Source: an uncultured Oscillospiraceae bacterium
GTDB lineage: Bacteria > Bacillota > Clostridia > Christensenellales > CAG-314
Assembly (NCBI GenBank): GCA_964533825.1
Contig: CAZHMU010000003.1
Location: forward strand, 90,964 to 154,963
Length of the DNA: 64,000 bases
Direction of reading: 5' to 3'
The notes under the pieces are model-generated. The model did not search any database. It worked only from the letters and a program-made list of their open reading frames with translations, and was not told the origin of the DNA. A program made the translations under genes and the position numbers. Positions 53,111 through 63,107 of the stretch are shown in pieces. Numbering within the stretch: the stretch's first letter is position 1; the number at the start of each line of letters is the position of its first letter.

Positions 53111-53653
53111 TTACTCCTTGATTTCCAACAGCTTTTTGCGCGCTCTTTGCAGTGCGCCGTCCACTGATTTGTAGCTTTTGTTTGTTTTTTCGGCAATGTC
53201 GTCGTAGCTGTAGCCTTGGCTAAACAGCATGATTACTGTGCGCTCGAAGGGGGTCAAGCTTTCGGCAATGACCTTTGCCACCTTTTGGGCGTGTTCTTTG
53301 TGCAACAGACTTTCCAGCGGATTGCAGTCGTCCTCCAAAGTGAGAGCCGAGTCCAAATCCACATAGTTGGAAAGTGGCTTGTTTTTGGCTGCAGAGTCAC
53401 GCTTGACGGCATCGACAATTTGCCTTTTGATGCACAGCTGTGCAAATGCGGGAAAACTGCCCTTTGTTTGGTCGTAGTTGGTAACTGCAAGGTATAGCCC
53501 AAGCATCCCCTCTTGCAAAAGGTCGTCTTTGTCGCCACCCACCAAGTAAAATCTGTTTGCAAGGGTGCGCACAAGCCCTTTGTACTGGGATACAAGCTCC
53601 TCCAGAGCCAAACTATCGCCATTTTTTGCTTTTTGAATAATATCTTGTTGCAA
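53111..53653 (-). CDS. sigH: Sigma-70 family factor, SigH-like
   Basis: ...DLLQEGMLGLYLAV..YD...SFPAFAQLCIKRQI...YSYDDIAEKTN.SYKSVDGALQRARKKL resembles Bacillus SigH. It follows mrnC-rlmB as in B. subtilis. Start taken at the TTG at 53653 (AGAGG SD). The track start at 53698 overlaps rlmB. Confidence 0.75.
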   Translation of the reverse strand: MQQDIIQKAKNGDSLALEELVSQYKGLVRTLANRFYLVGGDKDDLLQEGMLGLYLAVTNYDQTKGSFPAFAQLCIKRQIVDAVKRDSAAKNKPLSNYVDLDSALTLEDDCNPLESLLHKEHAQKVAKVIAESLTPFERTVIMLFSQGYSYDDIAEKTNKSYKSVDGALQRARKKLLEIKE

Positions 53654-53655
53654 AA

Positions 53656-54357
53656 TTAACCTCTTTGACGGACTACTTCGTACACGGCAACTCCACAAGC
53701 AACGGATGCGTTTAGGGAGTTGACTTTGCCTTTGAGTTTCATAGATACAACGCCGTCACAGCACTTGCGAGTGAGTTGGCTTACACCAAAACCTTCGCTA
53801 CCAACAACAAGTGCAACTGCGCCTTTCAAGTTGGTTTGAGTGATTTCCTCGCCGTCCATATCCAACGCGTACACCCAAACACCCTTTTGTTGAAGTTCCT
53901 TTATGGCGTTGTTGATGTTTGTTACACGAGCAATCTTCATATGGGCAAAAGCACCTGCAGACGTTTTGACAACGGTGTCGTTTACGGCAACTTGGCGCAT
54001 ACGGCCAATGATGATGCCATCCACGCCTGCGCACTCGCACACACGGATGATGCTACCAAAGTTGTGTGGGTCGTTGATGTTGTCCAAAATTACCACAAAT
54101 GGCTCGTCACTTTGCGCTAAAATGTCGTCGATGTCGCAGTACTCAAAGTCTACCACATCGGCTATGTAGCCTTGGTGTTTGCCTTCGATACTTTCCTTGT
54201 CCAAAATATTTTTGTCCACAAAGGTAACTTTGACACCCTTGGCTTTGGCAAGACGGACAATTTTGCCGTCATCCCCCTTTGCCACCATAATTGAGTTTAC
54301 TGTGATTGTATCACTTGTAAGTGCCTCGTAGACACAATTTCTTCCTTCAATTTTCAT
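53656..54357 (-). CDS. rlmB: TrmH-family 23S rRNA 2'-O-methyltransferase RlmB
   Basis: SpoU motifs ...LDNINDPHNFGSIIR... and ...ALVVGSEGFGVS... Start at 54357 with GGAGAAA SD. Confidence 0.85.
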   Translation of the reverse strand: MKIEGRNCVYEALTSDTITVNSIMVAKGDDGKIVRLAKAKGVKVTFVDKNILDKESIEGKHQGYIADVVDFEYCDIDDILAQSDEPFVVILDNINDPHNFGSIIRVCECAGVDGIIIGRMRQVAVNDTVVKTSAGAFAHMKIARVTNINNAIKELQQKGVWVYALDMDGEEITQTNLKGAVALVVGSEGFGVSQLTRKCCDGVVSMKLKGKVNSLNASVACGVAVYEVVRQRG

Positions 54358-54739
54358 TTGTTTCTCCAAGTAGCTCTGCAATGCGAGAGTCATTGCCAGT
54401 AAGATACAGGTAGCCAATTACCGCCTCAAACCCTGTTGCTTTGCGGTAGTCTGCGCCTGTTTGATTTTTTGCTTTGTGGTGACTTTTGCCATTGCGACCG
54501 CGCAAAAATACCGATTTTTCCTCTTCGGTAAAGCTATCGAACAGCTTGTCCGCCAAAAGTGCTTGGTTGTGAGCATTGACAACGCTTGACGCAAGCTTGT
54601 GCAACTCGCCAGCTTTTAGGTCGTGTGTGGTTGCAAGTTTTTGACGCACGTACAAACTTTGTACGGCATCGCCAACATAGGCAAGCACCAACGAATTTAG
54701 TTGTTGCGCCTCTTTTGCGCTCAAAATTGTGCGATCCAT
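54347..54739 (-). CDS. mrnC: Mini-ribonuclease 3
   Basis: 130 aa with LNSLVLAYVGDAVQSLYVR and ...GFEAVIGYLYL. No dsRBD. Confidence 0.85.
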   Translation of the reverse strand: MDRTILSAKEAQQLNSLVLAYVGDAVQSLYVRQKLATTHDLKAGELHKLASSVVNAHNQALLADKLFDSFTEEEKSVFLRGRNGKSHHKAKNQTGADYRKATGFEAVIGYLYLTGNDSRIAELLGETNEN

Positions 54740-55338
54740 CAGTCTTCGATGAAAAACTTTTTGCCGTACACTACTGAGCCAACGATGTAGTCGATATCTT
54801 CAAAACCCATTTTTTCGTAGAAAGCGCGAGCAACTTCGTTTTTGGATGAGCAGACCAGGTGCAAGCCTTCCACATACAAAGCCTTGAGATGGTCTTGAAG
54901 TGCATTTACAAGTTGAGTGCCGATGCCTTGACGGTGGTAGTCGGACAAAATGTCTACGTGAAGGTGTGCTGTGTAGCCACTGCGAACGTAACGCTCGGCA
55001 ATTTTGAGTTGCGCATTGTACTCAAAATACTGCTTGCTACTAAGTTTGCGAACAAGTGGCAGGTAGTTTTCTGCCATTTTTTCTTGGTAGTCATCGGTGT
55101 CTACTGCGCACAAAATGTAGCCAACAGGGATGTCGTTTTCGTCAACGGCAACAAAACAGTGTGAGCTTTGGTTATCGAGATAGTAGTCACAGTACATTGC
55201 GCACAAAAGAGCGCGATTTACTGGAGTGTCGTCACTGGCAAAACTGCTTGTTGCAACACAGATGTCTTGAACGTATCTAAAGTCTTTCTTTTGGTAAGGT
55301 CTGATTGTAATCAATTTGATTCTCCTTTTGGTGGACAT
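54739..55338 (-). CDS. GNAT family N-acetyltransferase
   Basis: ...LHVDILSDYHRQGIGTQLVNAL... acetyl-CoA binding pattern. Its stop overlaps the mrnC start. Confidence 0.75.
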   Translation of the reverse strand: MSTKRRIKLITIRPYQKKDFRYVQDICVATSSFASDDTPVNRALLCAMYCDYYLDNQSSHCFVAVDENDIPVGYILCAVDTDDYQEKMAENYLPLVRKLSSKQYFEYNAQLKIAERYVRSGYTAHLHVDILSDYHRQGIGTQLVNALQDHLKALYVEGLHLVCSSKNEVARAFYEKMGFEDIDYIVGSVVYGKKFFIED

Positions 55339-55628
55339 ATTTGTCCATTATTGACTATGGTAACACACTGCAAGCCCTTTTGTCAAGTAGCCATGGAAAT
55401 ATATAGTATATTATTTATACTATCCACTGTCGTTGAAAATGCCGTCTAACCACATAAAAGAGGATGGCTAAATAATGGGACAAGCAAGTTAAAATGAGTC
55501 AACGCCTAAAGGCTAAGTACGTGAGCACTTTGACGCAACCATAACAAGCGACAAAATGCCTTTGGTGAGGCGGATATTCAATGATTAAGTAGCGCAAAAA
55601 CTGTCAATACTTGATACGAGGTGAAAAT

Positions 55629-58229
55629 ATGAAATTTACTACGTTTATTGCGGAAAATGTACGCTGGAACGCTAACAAAAATCCCTTTGGGCATTTGTGG
55701 GCGGTGAGCACCACCAAAGATACACTGTATGCGCAACTGAAAGCACTTGGAGAAAGGTACTATCACGAACGTAAGCAGATTGGGACAATCAAAACAGAGT
55801 TTTGTTTGAACTACCTTGCATTGAAAAACCCTACTACCTGCTGTCAAAAACAAGTTTTGCGACACTTTGACGGATATTGGCAACGCTTTTTGCGGTTGAA
55901 AAACATATTTGAAAGGGGGATGGACTTTCCCGCCAATGGACTAACAAGATTGGAAAAGATTGGTGAACTCATTGCCAAGTGCACCGCTTTTTGCTTGGAC
56001 AGTGAAGAGCTTGCCGACATTCTGCACGATTGTAAGTATCTTGTGGAGTTGACCGACAGGGAAGTTGAGTATCTACCACTGGTTGTTGACTTGTACCGCA
56101 TCAACTACTTTTGCGCAGTTGGACAAGAAGTTTTTACCAAAAATACCCTTGCGGAAAGTGCTTTGGCAAAGTTGTTGGATGACAACACTAATACACAATT
56201 TGTAGACACAACACACTACGCACAAGCGGACTACACAAACAACAATCTTACATCAATGTGTGACGTTTTGGGCAACTCCGCTTTGGCGTTTTGTGGGGAA
56301 AATGTCGATACGTCATTGAAAATGCTTGTATACAAGTGCGGTCGAAACGTGTTTGATACCTTTTGCAGACATCAGTTTTACCAAAATTGCGCCGAGTTTG
56401 CAAGCGACGTTTCCAACGGAAAAATTACCCAAAAATACTTTTTGCAAGATGGTTGCGAAGTACGCAAAACCACCATTTTGCACACTGGCAAAAGCAAGTG
56501 TAAATTTGTGGTAGATTTGCTTGTGGAGTGCGGCGGACAACCTCTTGCAGACATTGACGGAGCGTTGTGTTTTGTAACAGACAAGCACTACGTTGCGGTG
56601 GCAGTAGTTGCACAAAACAGTCTTGCAAAGTGCAAAATCTTGGGCAATAACTTGACGTTGGAGTTGCAACTTGCACCCAACGAGCAAACAACATTTGACG
56701 TGGTTACCATCGTTGCAGAAAGGTACGACCAAGTTACAACCAAGCTTGCACATCTCAACTACTATGGCGCAACTCGACAAAATGAGTTTTGTGGACAAGC
56801 AATAGATATCGACTACACAACACCACTGCATATTACCCCATCATCAAACTGCTTTCGTACACAACAACCCACGCGGGCAAAAAAGATAAACTTCACCTAC
56901 CAAATGGGCAATGATGACGTTGCGACCTTTTTAGACAATGGTGGCAACAGCACCACTTTACTCAAGGGATTTGTGTTTGGTGTGGGTGGCGAGCAAGTGT
57001 ATGCGGTGGATGGCGCAAAATTTTGCCAAGTCAACTGCGGAAAGTTCACTTTGGACGGCAAACTGACCTACCAAAAGCAAAAAAGCCGATGCATTGTGAG
57101 CCATGGCGACGGTAAGCGTGTGGCAACTTGCCACGCAACTCCGCAAAAAACTGTGTTTTATCTGCCTTTTGAAAGGGGTTCCATTGTCAGTTTTGAGCAT
57201 AACACCTTTTTTGTCAAGGATGGACTGCGTAGCTACAACATCCGCTGTTGCGGTCAAGTGGAAAGTTACACCACCGATGGCATAGAGTTTTCGCCATACA
57301 GATTGCGATACAAGTTTAGCAACAACTTGACAGCCGGAAACTGCCTCGCTATTTGTTTTGCAAAGGATTTTCAGTGCTCGATCACAATTTGCTCTGCGGA
57401 AAGCACCCCGCCCATTGCGCCGGTTGTGCAGGAAAGTTTGGTGTCGACATATCTCAACTACGTCAACGGTAAGCAAGTGTTTTGCTTGAACAATTTTTTG
57501 AAACGCCCCAATGCGCTTACACTTGCCGGCATTGTGTACACAAATCCGCAGTTTGTCAAAAACTACCTGCAAAAGCTGTGGCAAGATATGCAACAACCAC
57601 GCTACTACGATCAAAACGGATGCTTACAAAAAAGCAATGCTGAGTGGCTGTTTGACCTTGCGTGCATCTACTACGCAACGCTGACAAAGGACGGCGACTT
57701 TCCCACCAACGAAATGAAAAGCTATGTCAACACCCACCTACTTTCGGCAAAGTGCAATGGCGCAGATTTGGTTGTGCAGGCATTGTGCTTGAAAAAAGCA
57801 TCGCAAATTGACGGCTTTGACAAGGTCAAGTGCTTGGTACAATTTGCAACACTTACAAAGCAAATTGCCCAAAACGAAAAACTACACAAAATGGCGCAAG
57901 CTGTCGGCGTTGCACCTTTGGATACGCCATCTAAAGAGTACCTAAAACAGTTGTGTGCCGACTGCGAAATTCCAAAAAATTGGTACTACGTATCGCAACT
58001 GGAAAACTTGTACGGATTGCACATCGTAGGCGCAAGCTTGCGCGTTTGCCCCACCGCCTTTGAGGAGAAGTTGGAAGAATTCGCTTTGAACTTTGACGGC
58101 AAACGCATTTACACCACCTTTACAAAAGGCAGTGTGCAAATGATGACGCTAAATGGCACACAATGCCATCAGCCCTTTGACCCCTACAGCTTGAAAGTGG
58201 ACAAAAACACCTTGGTGGTTAGTTATTGA
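55629..58229 (+). CDS. 866-aa cytoplasmic protein of unknown function (C-terminus faintly GH94/GH65-phosphorylase-like)
   Basis: Start at 55629 with GAGGTG SD. The tail ...LYGLHIVGASLRVCPTAFEEKLEEFALNFDGKRIYTTF... resembles the C-terminal beta-sandwich pattern of glycoside phosphorylases. This is a tentative memory-based similarity. Confidence 0.55.
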   Translation: MKFTTFIAENVRWNANKNPFGHLWAVSTTKDTLYAQLKALGERYYHERKQIGTIKTEFCLNYLALKNPTTCCQKQVLRHFDGYWQRFLRLKNIFERGMDFPANGLTRLEKIGELIAKCTAFCLDSEELADILHDCKYLVELTDREVEYLPLVVDLYRINYFCAVGQEVFTKNTLAESALAKLLDDNTNTQFVDTTHYAQADYTNNNLTSMCDVLGNSALAFCGENVDTSLKMLVYKCGRNVFDTFCRHQFYQNCAEFASDVSNGKITQKYFLQDGCEVRKTTILHTGKSKCKFVVDLLVECGGQPLADIDGALCFVTDKHYVAVAVVAQNSLAKCKILGNNLTLELQLAPNEQTTFDVVTIVAERYDQVTTKLAHLNYYGATRQNEFCGQAIDIDYTTPLHITPSSNCFRTQQPTRAKKINFTYQMGNDDVATFLDNGGNSTTLLKGFVFGVGGEQVYAVDGAKFCQVNCGKFTLDGKLTYQKQKSRCIVSHGDGKRVATCHATPQKTVFYLPFERGSIVSFEHNTFFVKDGLRSYNIRCCGQVESYTTDGIEFSPYRLRYKFSNNLTAGNCLAICFAKDFQCSITICSAESTPPIAPVVQESLVSTYLNYVNGKQVFCLNNFLKRPNALTLAGIVYTNPQFVKNYLQKLWQDMQQPRYYDQNGCLQKSNAEWLFDLACIYYATLTKDGDFPTNEMKSYVNTHLLSAKCNGADLVVQALCLKKASQIDGFDKVKCLVQFATLTKQIAQNEKLHKMAQAVGVAPLDTPSKEYLKQLCADCEIPKNWYYVSQLENLYGLHIVGASLRVCPTAFEEKLEEFALNFDGKRIYTTFTKGSVQMMTLNGTQCHQPFDPYSLKVDKNTLVVSY

Positions 58230-58237
58230 ATGGAAAA

Positions 58238-58265
58238 AGACTTGCACTGTTGCAAGTCTTTTTTG
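58238..58265 (+). terminator. Rho-independent terminator
   Basis: AGACTTGCA-ctgt-TGCAAGTCT followed by TTTTT. Confidence 0.8.
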
Positions 58266-58344
58266 TTTAAGGATGTTATCTACTTTTTGGGCTGTGATAT
58301 TTTTCATTTATATTTGAGTAAGTCAGCATTGTATGCAAAGGCAA

Positions 58345-59007
58345 TCAATTTTCTGTTGGTGTCGCAGTATCCGTTGCTGTTGGGGTGGCAAGTTGCGAGC
58401 CCCTAACGGTCTTGTTGCACAAAAGGCTGATGGCAAGCCAACACACAACTATGCACACGCCAGCGCCTGTCAAAATGTTCATCAAAAGGATGTTTTCGGG
58501 AGTCATAGTTTGCTCGGGAGAAACGCCTGTAAATGAAACAAGCATTGAGCGTTGCAGTGCAAATATGGATACAAAGCCATTGGCAAAGGATATGTAGCGC
58601 AGGGAAATGATTTTGCCAGAGGTGCTTTTGCGAGATTTGATCCAGTTGATGGTTGCCAAGGTTAGTTGAGTGAACGTGTATGCGGCAATGGTAATCATTA
58701 CTATGATGTGATGTTGTGTGCCCCTGTCACGCATTGCCGCCAAAATAACGGTACCAACAAGTGGCAAGAGCAAAATTAGTAGCATCACACCAGTAAACTT
58801 GACGATAAACTGTTCCTTTTGCTTGATTGTTAGTGCTACAAAGCGCACCACGCTCAAAACAAAGTGGTAAACACCAAGCACCAAAAGCCACCACGATTTT
58901 GTGATGGCTCCGTAGATGAGATAGTAAATTGAATAGGCAACGTTTACTGAAAAACTGGTCCAAGTGGACTTGACTATTTTTGTTGCCGTTGTGAGAAATT
59001 TGTTCAT
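58345..59007 (-). CDS. Polytopic membrane protein, unknown function
   Basis: 220 aa with about 6 TM segments. Confidence 0.6.
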   Translation of the reverse strand: MNKFLTTATKIVKSTWTSFSVNVAYSIYYLIYGAITKSWWLLVLGVYHFVLSVVRFVALTIKQKEQFIVKFTGVMLLILLLPLVGTVILAAMRDRGTQHHIIVMITIAAYTFTQLTLATINWIKSRKSTSGKIISLRYISFANGFVSIFALQRSMLVSFTGVSPEQTMTPENILLMNILTGAGVCIVVCWLAISLLCNKTVRGSQLATPTATDTATPTEN

Positions 59008-59082
59008 GGATACTCCTTTACACCCTCTCGAGATGGGCGCTTGGTTGGGTCCACTGTTCTTTTTTGTTTTTGTTTTGTTAGA

Positions 59083-59679
59083 CTAATTGGCGATGTTTCT
59101 TTCGCCCAAAACGCAGGAAGTGATGACTTTGATTACTGTGTTGATATCGTCCTTACAATCTTTTTCAAGCCACTCCGTAACAATGGCGTAGACACCTGTA
59201 AGATAGAACTTTACTGTGTAGGAGCGCTCGTTTTGTGCCACGCCAAAGCGTGTTAACACTGGGTCAAAAACCATTTTGAACATTGCGGCATACACTTCGT
59301 CCATGTTCATTGTGGAAAAATGCTTCATCGACACTTTGAGAAGGCGACGATTGTCCTTGACAAAGGTTAGGTATGGTGTGAGATATTCCGCCGTGATAAA
59401 CACCAATTCCTCCTTGGGGCAGGTTGCAAGTCCGGAGAGCTTGTCCTTTTTGTCAACGTTATAGTACGCAAAGTGCTTATCCAAGATGTACTTGGTTGTT
59501 TCCTTCAAAAGGTCGTGGGTGTTTTCGTAGTGGAGATAAAATGTGGAGCGATTTACTCCGGCAATGTCACAAATTTCCTTGATGGTGATGTACTCAAAGT
59601 CTTTCTTTTCCAACAGCGTGATGAGGGCTTCGTCCATCTTGATAGCCGTATTAAAGTATTTGCTCTCACTTTTGTTCAT
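59083..59679 (-). CDS. TetR/AcrR family transcriptional regulator
   Basis: HTH ...ITIKEICDIAGVNRSTFYLHYENTHDLL. Confidence 0.85.
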   Translation of the reverse strand: MNKSESKYFNTAIKMDEALITLLEKKDFEYITIKEICDIAGVNRSTFYLHYENTHDLLKETTKYILDKHFAYYNVDKKDKLSGLATCPKEELVFITAEYLTPYLTFVKDNRRLLKVSMKHFSTMNMDEVYAAMFKMVFDPVLTRFGVAQNERSYTVKFYLTGVYAIVTEWLEKDCKDDINTVIKVITSCVLGERNIAN

Positions 59680-59703
59680 GAGATGCCCTCCTTGTGGAAA
59701 AAA

Positions 59704-60060
59704 TTACTCTTCTTCGCTGATTTGTCTTGCCAGTTCAACAATTTCGTAAGCGTACTTTTGCTTGCCCTTTTCCAGCAAGTTTTTGTAGATTGGGTAGTTG
59801 ATACCTGTGCCAGTAAAACCAATAACGCCAAGAACGATACCAAGGATGAACATTGGGGCTGTGCCACCACCGATAACGCCCATTGCAAGGCTCATACCTG
59901 TGCCTGCGACAAGTGCGGAAATGATACCAAATGTGTAGGTAAAGATGGTTGCTGGCATTTTTGCCTTTCTGTCAAGCTTGCGAAGACGAACAATTTTGGA
60001 GTCGTCTTTTGGTGCGTATTCTTTTGCGATTGATTCTGCATAGATTTTGTTTGTGTTCAT
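59704..60060 (-). CDS. Small membrane protein (2 TM segments)
   Basis: 118 aa. AAGGAGAAA SD. Central Gly-rich hydrophobic hairpin. Confidence 0.6.
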   Translation of the reverse strand: MNTNKIYAESIAKEYAPKDDSKIVRLRKLDRKAKMPATIFTYTFGIISALVAGTGMSLAMGVIGGGTAPMFILGIVLGVIGFTGTGINYPIYKNLLEKGKQKYAYEIVELARQISEEE

Positions 60061-60323
60061 AGTTATTTTCTCCTTTTTGTTTTAGTGTTTTTGTCGAATT
60101 TTGTTGAGGCATAGATTACAAGAGATTTTGTTTGCTTGCTTATGTTTTGCAGCAATCAACTTACTTTTGCGCAAACCTTTGATGATACCATTGTACCCCA
60201 AAAATCCGCAAAACTGAGCAACAAAAAGGGAAAGATGTGTTGTTTTGAAAGAGTTTTTGAAAGTTTTTTTGATTGTTTTACCAATATTTTTGCCAATGTT
60301 GTGGCACTTTGATATGCGATACA

Positions 60324-60674
60324 CTACTTGCGTGGTATCAAGATGCCTTTCATACTTTCACTGCTGTTGTGGAAGTCGTACACAATTTGCATTTCCTCTG
60401 CGGTGCAACCGACAAGCAGTTTGATTTCCGAATCTCTTTTTAAGAGGTCAACTGTGCAAATGATAGCATTGACGGTGTTGTTTGGCAAACTTCCGCGCCA
60501 AACGTCGATACCTGCACCATCCATCGAAGTGGTATCTTGTAGGTAACCGTAGTCAACATCGTACTTGATGTGGGCAAAGCGTGGATGCGCGCTACCCTTT
60601 GGGCGGTCGATGACGATGTTGCCATTTGCCACAAGCTTGTCCACCGCTTGCCAAAAATCGTTTGTGTAGTTCAT
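60324..60674 (-). CDS. Short inorganic-pyrophosphatase-like protein
   Basis: IDRPKGSAHP...YDVDYGYLQDTTSMDGAGIDVW resembles the metal-binding core of family I PPases. The family call is tentative. Confidence 0.5.
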   Translation of the reverse strand: MNYTNDFWQAVDKLVANGNIVIDRPKGSAHPRFAHIKYDVDYGYLQDTTSMDGAGIDVWRGSLPNNTVNAIICTVDLLKRDSEIKLLVGCTAEEMQIVYDFHNSSESMKGILIPRK

Positions 60675-60722
60675 AATTTAGTCCTTTTACAGATAAACCT
60701 GTTTTTCGTGTGTTGTGATAAC

Positions 60723-60751
60723 ATTATACCACCACCGCCAACGTTTGTCCA
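60723..60751 (-). promoter_or_regulatory. Sigma-70-type promoter
   Basis: Minus strand reads TGGACA, a 17-nt spacer, then TGgTATAAT. Confidence 0.5.
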
Positions 60752-60874
60752 CACGCTTTTGACACAAAGTTATGTTAGTAAGCCAACAGCCAAATCCCCC
60801 TTGAAATGGCCATCGCACAGCAGAACATTTGGGGGTTTCTTTGACACAAACCCATTAACCTTTTGCAAGTACAA

Positions 60875-60910
60875 CAAAAAAGGAACACAAAAAAGTGTGT
60901 TCCTTTTTGT
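60875..60910. terminator. Bidirectional terminator after the flavodiiron gene
   Basis: AGGAACACA-aaaaag-TGTGTTCCT flanked by A6 and TTTT. Confidence 0.8.
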
Positions 60911-61005
60911 TTTGTGTAATATGGTTCATATTTTGTTCAAGCATTGGATGGGTGTTAGTACACTACCTACAATTAAACAAATGCCCATGTTTAACTACGA
61001 TTGTG

Positions 61006-62157
61006 CTATTGTGCAAGTTCGTCAGCGAGCAAAGCAAGTTGGCTTTCGCTTTCGCTACTCAATGCGGACAAAATCTTGACTGTTGCGTTTGTGTATGTCA
61101 AGTTTTTGCAGTTTGCAAGCATATCTTTCATCTTTTTGGTGGCCATTGGCGCCCAACTGCCGTTTTCGATGAAGGCAACAGTTTTGTTTTGGAAGTTGCG
61201 CTCGGTAAGATGATTGATAAACTCCTTCATAAAGGGGAAGATATCGCCATTGTAGGTGGTGGTTGCAAAGACGATTTTGCCGTATCTAAATGCATCTTCT
61301 ACCGCTTCGGCCATGTCCGAGCGAGCAAGGTCGTTCAATACAACCTTTTGGCCTTTGGCTTCAAGCATTTGGGCAAGTTTCAAAACAGCCTTTTTGGTGT
61401 TACCATATACGGACGTGTACGCCAAAACGATGCCTTCGCTCTCTACACCATAGCTTGACCAAATGTTGTACAGATTGATGTAGTAGCCCAAGTTTTCCGT
61501 CAAAATTGGTCCGTGAAGTGGGCAAATGGTATTGATGGGCAAGTTTGCCGCCTTTTTGAGCAAAGTTTGAACAGGCATCCCATACTTGCCAACGATGCCG
61601 ATGTAGTATCTGCGAGCTTCGCAAGCCCACTCTTCGTCGGTATCCAATGCGCCAAACTTGCCAAATGCGTCAGCAGAGAACAAAACTCCTTGGCTCTTTT
61701 CGAAGGTCATGATGACTTCTGGCCAGTGCACCATTGGCGCTTCCACAAAGGTAAGTGTGTTGTTGCCAAGGCAAAGCTCAGAGCCTTCCTTTACTTCCAC
61801 ACGCTTATCGGCAAAGTCGGTACCAAAAAAGTTTTTCATCATGATGAAAGCACGAGTGGATGCAACAACCTTTGCGGATGGATAGGTTTCAACAAAGTTC
61901 ATCACGCTACCAGAGTGGTCTGGTTCCATATGTTGAACGATGAGGTAATCGGGTGTTCTGCCATCAAGCACCTTGGCAACGTTTGATAGCCACTCGTCGG
62001 CAAATCTTTCATCAACGGCATCCATTACGGCAATTTTGTCATCCATGATTACGTAGGAATTGTAAGCAATACCATTGGGGACATCGTACAAGCCTTCGAA
62101 CAGGTCAATTTGCTTGTCATCTACACCAACGTAGAAAATGTTTTTGGTTATGTTCAT
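61006..62157 (-). CDS. FprA-type flavodiiron protein
   Basis: Metallo-beta-lactamase part ...VQHMEPDHSG... followed by a flavodoxin-like C-terminal domain. 383 aa. Confidence 0.88.
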   Translation of the reverse strand: MNITKNIFYVGVDDKQIDLFEGLYDVPNGIAYNSYVIMDDKIAVMDAVDERFADEWLSNVAKVLDGRTPDYLIVQHMEPDHSGSVMNFVETYPSAKVVASTRAFIMMKNFFGTDFADKRVEVKEGSELCLGNNTLTFVEAPMVHWPEVIMTFEKSQGVLFSADAFGKFGALDTDEEWACEARRYYIGIVGKYGMPVQTLLKKAANLPINTICPLHGPILTENLGYYINLYNIWSSYGVESEGIVLAYTSVYGNTKKAVLKLAQMLEAKGQKVVLNDLARSDMAEAVEDAFRYGKIVFATTTYNGDIFPFMKEFINHLTERNFQNKTVAFIENGSWAPMATKKMKDMLANCKNLTYTNATVKILSALSSESESQLALLADELAQ

Positions 62158-62320
62158 AGAGTAACGCTCCTTTTTGCGAGTATTTTATATATGCAAATAT
62201 TACCATATTGCGGAAAATAAATCAAACAAATGGAAGAAACTTTGGTGCAAATTACAAAAGTAAGCCCCGTCTTAGTGTGTTTAGATTGTGGGAATTTAAT
62301 TAGCCAAACAAATGGCAAAA

Positions 62321-62875
62321 CTACTTTTTGTAAATGATAAGTGGCCCTTTGCTATGTTTGATGGTGCGATGCAATCGGGGCAAAAGATAGGTTAGTATCC
62401 AATGCTTTGTTTTGTCGTAGCCACCGTCGTAATATATGGCACCAATGATTGCCTCGACATAGGCATCGTGCTTGTTATGTCCGATTTGTTCGTCTAACGG
62501 GATGTACACATCGTCGTAGAAGTGGTAGTCGTTAAAGGCGAAATCAATCAGTTGGTACTGTTCCAAAAAGTCGTACAATAGTTCGTTGTTGACCAATTTT
62601 GCCATGCGTTTGGATAAATCTGCCTTGCTTTTGGCGCCTTGGGTGTAGATGTGGTCGGCAATAACAGCGCCAAGCACCGCATCACCAACAATTGCAAGTT
62701 GCTCGTTGGTATACTCTCTGTGGTTTTTTGACGCCAAATCCGTTTTGACACGCTTTGAATACATAGCTTGCATCAACAACTGCACATTCTCAAAGTGATA
62801 GCGAATACGCATTTGCAGTTGGGTCATTTTTTCGTCAATAACTTCTTGGCTGATTTGACAAGTAAAATTAGTCAT
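62321..62875 (-). CDS. RNase III-domain protein without dsRBD
   Basis: ...NEQLAIVGDAVLGAVIADHIY... and ...DAYVEAIIGAIYYDGG match the RNase III signature and second catalytic region. 184 aa with no C-terminal dsRNA-binding domain. Confidence 0.7.
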   Translation of the reverse strand: MTNFTCQISQEVIDEKMTQLQMRIRYHFENVQLLMQAMYSKRVKTDLASKNHREYTNEQLAIVGDAVLGAVIADHIYTQGAKSKADLSKRMAKLVNNELLYDFLEQYQLIDFAFNDYHFYDDVYIPLDEQIGHNKHDAYVEAIIGAIYYDGGYDKTKHWILTYLLPRLHRTIKHSKGPLIIYKK

Positions 62876-62972
62876 ACAAACACCTCGACAATATTATACC
62901 ACATACGTAGGCAAAATTCAATGGTTAGATGGACTTATGTTTATTGTGATAATGTAACTCTGCAAAAGTACT

Positions 62973-63018
62973 AAAAAATGCGACGAGCAATACTGTCGTC
63001 GCATTTGGATTTTTTTAT
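62973..63018. terminator. Bidirectional terminator
   Basis: ATGCGACGA-(9 nt)-TCGTCGCAT flanked by A6 and ttggattttttt. Confidence 0.75.
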
Positions 63019-63107
63019 TTGCAGAATTTGCATTGTAACATTTACATACAAAACGGAATGTTGGTCTTTGTGCTGACAAGCAAACAATTAACCATTCAAG
63101 CTAACAA

